Source: Phoronis australis (Eukaryota; Animalia; Phoronida). Taken from it: a DNA stretch of 64,000 nt. Position 1 is the first letter of the stretch. Each line of letters opens with the position of its first letter. Below are positions 63,501-64,000 of this stretch, piece after piece. The position numbers and the translations under genes were made by a program. The notes beneath the pieces were generated by a model. That model did no database searches and was not told the origin of the DNA. It saw nothing but the letters and a program-made list of their open reading frames with translations. The stretch is taken from assembly GCA_002633005.1 (NCBI GenBank), contig NMRA01000076.1, forward strand, positions 62,001 to 126,000, read 5' to 3'.

Positions 63501-63682
63501 ATAACTGTACAATGTCTTGAACATCTCTCCTTCCCGCTTCATGACAACTGACGCTCTGTTGCCATAGTAATCATACACTTCGTCTGCTATTGTAGTGTAT
63601 GTTCCTGCCATTGCACCGTCTCGCCTGATGTTTGCTTCCACTTTCACCGTATAAGTATTGGGCAACGTTGGTACTGATGGGT
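45417..63682 (-). CDS. Type-I membrane protein: two ependymin/LolA-like repeats, four PAN/Apple domains, TM helix (~925 aa visible, 5' incomplete)
   Basis: Exons 5'->3': 63682-63473, 62669-62615 (cut at n), 62150-62042, 60798-60638, 60221-60099, 59565-59454, 56947-56781, 56252-56145, 55354-55277, 54857-54734, 54253-54083, 52812-52588, 51973-51858, 51635-51569, 50722-50486, 49280-49038, 48691-48440, 47438-47373, 45568-45417. All checkable junctions are phase-consistent and the exons are stop-free. Confidence 0.85.
47079..47340. mobile_element. Harbinger-like MITE copy
   Basis: CTGGCCTGTTTCATGAAAAG ... GAAACAGACCCCAG; same family as 1053-1343. Confidence 0.6.
47373..47438 (-). CDS. PAN-protein juxtamembrane exon
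   Basis: ttacag|TAHQYVAPHTEPVKSANSYSS|gtaagt; phase 1-1. Confidence 0.7.
48440..48691 (-). CDS. PAN/Apple domain 4 exon
   Basis: EDCAKLCVRDMGEGCSGFGFCAEDNACIL...CDFY. Confidence 0.88.
49038..49280 (-). CDS. PAN/Apple domain 3 exon
   Basis: EEDCAKACLQHKDFTCRSFDFCRLSRTCLL...CNHYS. Confidence 0.9.
50486..50722 (-). CDS. PAN/Apple domain 2 exon
   Basis: SVDECARACSTEVDFDCNSFDYCNNVGECLLS...CDLY. Confidence 0.9.
51569..51635 (-). CDS. PAN-protein linker exon
   Basis: VLSFKATSIRETSFKSIDEYLP|gtgagt; phase 0 to 1. Confidence 0.65.
51858..51973 (-). CDS. PAN-protein linker exon
   Basis: TVDYQFNPEPTLASAWRFLKNGVYSGFANVDMPSGDGD|gtaagt. Confidence 0.75.
52588..52812 (-). CDS. PAN/Apple domain 1 exon
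   Basis: SMAECAERCRDEGSFSCNSFDYCPLSLKCYL...CIHYS. Confidence 0.9.
54083..54253 (-). CDS. PAN-protein exon
   Basis: FSNFGDLNKRLFAASAQTSIKTLAGVNNLRIQFPKV...LLDKPPAT. Confidence 0.78.
54734..54857 (-). CDS. PAN-protein exon (end of repeat 2)
   Basis: PAYKMIYNIFNFDNDNPDTRAFDVSDCYSDGMKRRFIITYR. Confidence 0.8.
55277..55354 (-). CDS. PAN-protein exon
   Basis: SDWDEISSGIAEETQVPLRIIIWSER|gtacgt. Confidence 0.72.
56145..56252 (-). CDS. PAN-protein exon
   Basis: RYLRDMGTDVFVTKKPYRPLGFKEAFDATFEVHFLS|gtaatt. Confidence 0.75.
56781..56947 (-). CDS. PAN-protein exon
   Basis: GVSYVRDNLLLNCSITSL...RMRTPDELLQLDDSYTYEGT|gtaagt. Confidence 0.8.
59454..59565 (-). CDS. PAN-protein exon (followed by a GC donor)
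   Basis: VMYDSSMKLLRFDWRPTKIEAPYYTTHPQTAIHDYDI-G|gcaagt. Confidence 0.78.
60099..60221 (-). CDS. PAN-protein exon
   Basis: TPAGIVCPGRKKTKPIPKLNDAYSYNEEVVVSLQQAVVNAK|gtaaag. Confidence 0.8.
60638..60798 (-). CDS. PAN-protein exon
   Basis: PNWSTSNGADLPRVPVRAMVSG...FNHTYEFVDFVGSYDDDTVFE|gtaaac. Confidence 0.8.
62042..62150 (-). CDS. PAN-protein exon
   Basis: TYVGRDVVRGIEVNHWQSCGYLAEKGANFTLDWYYA|gtaaaa. Confidence 0.82.
62369..62613 (+). mobile_element. Ty3/Gypsy LTR retrotransposon integrase fragment (H2C2 zinc-binding domain)
   Basis: LVVPQSLRSEIMVSLHDAAGHQGYERTFALISNRYFWVGMQKDVADYCKSCARCQISK...RPNEVL; ends at the n at 62614. Confidence 0.88.
62615..62669 (-). CDS. PAN-protein exon, truncated at a single-n junction
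   Basis: tttctttag|DGECRVGQINGSSSVENA; the phase fits the upstream exon. Confidence 0.65.
63473..63682 (-). CDS. PAN-protein exon (start of ependymin/LolA-like repeat 1)
   Basis: ttgacag|PSVPTLPNTYTVKVEANIRR...DEVYDYYGNRA...LYSYDTGELFYIS|gtaagt. Confidence 0.82.
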
Positions 63683-64000
63683 CTGTCAACAAAAATCCAC
63701 GTTGACAATGTCGTAGCATCCGAAACACGTCGGGTATATTCGTAGCTTCAAATTTCCTCTCGGACTCGGAGGTGAACTTAGCTGTGCATGCGCGGACTTC
63801 AATCATTACGGCAAGTCATGAGACTTCCCAACTGGATAATGATTGGCCGTATAACTGAAGTTCGCACATGTGCAGACGCCGTCCCCCTTCGAGGGTAAAT
63901 ATGAAAATATGAAAATGCCATAGGTGTTCCAGGTGTCCTCGGACAAGTTTCATATCGACGCATGTCCGAACTTCAACCACAAGAGCAAGTCATGGGATTC

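Overview
Intron-rich animal (invertebrate) genomic DNA, not prokaryotic; most ORFs in the six-frame track are spurious or are single exons running into introns. Splicing by hand gives four gene systems. (1) A tandemly duplicated unit of a single-domain ATP-grasp ligase gene (+, carnosine-synthase/L-amino-acid-ligase-like) and a convergent Tctex-type dynein light chain gene (-). Copy B (6841-18068) is intact; in copy A (<407-~3870) the ligase has one in-frame TAG and the Tctex gene has decayed. (2) An SLC6 Na+-dependent amino-acid transporter (+, ~27411-44306) with 14 visible exons; the TM7 exon is missing and probably lies in the N gap. (3) A large type-I membrane protein gene (-, 45417->63682, 19 visible exons) with two ependymin/LolA-like repeats, four PAN/Apple domains, one TM helix and one GC-AG intron. 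(4) Many transposon relics: Kolobok-like TTAA elements with a THAP remnant, Harbinger- and hAT-like MITEs, a Helentron-like element, a Gypsy integrase fragment and a tRNA-derived module. The most striking non-coding feature is a ~315 bp near-perfect palindrome in an SLC6 intron. It is flanked by a 12-bp direct repeat and carries a Penelope-type minimal hammerhead ribozyme on each strand. All assignments come from motif recognition by eye; no database searches were run.
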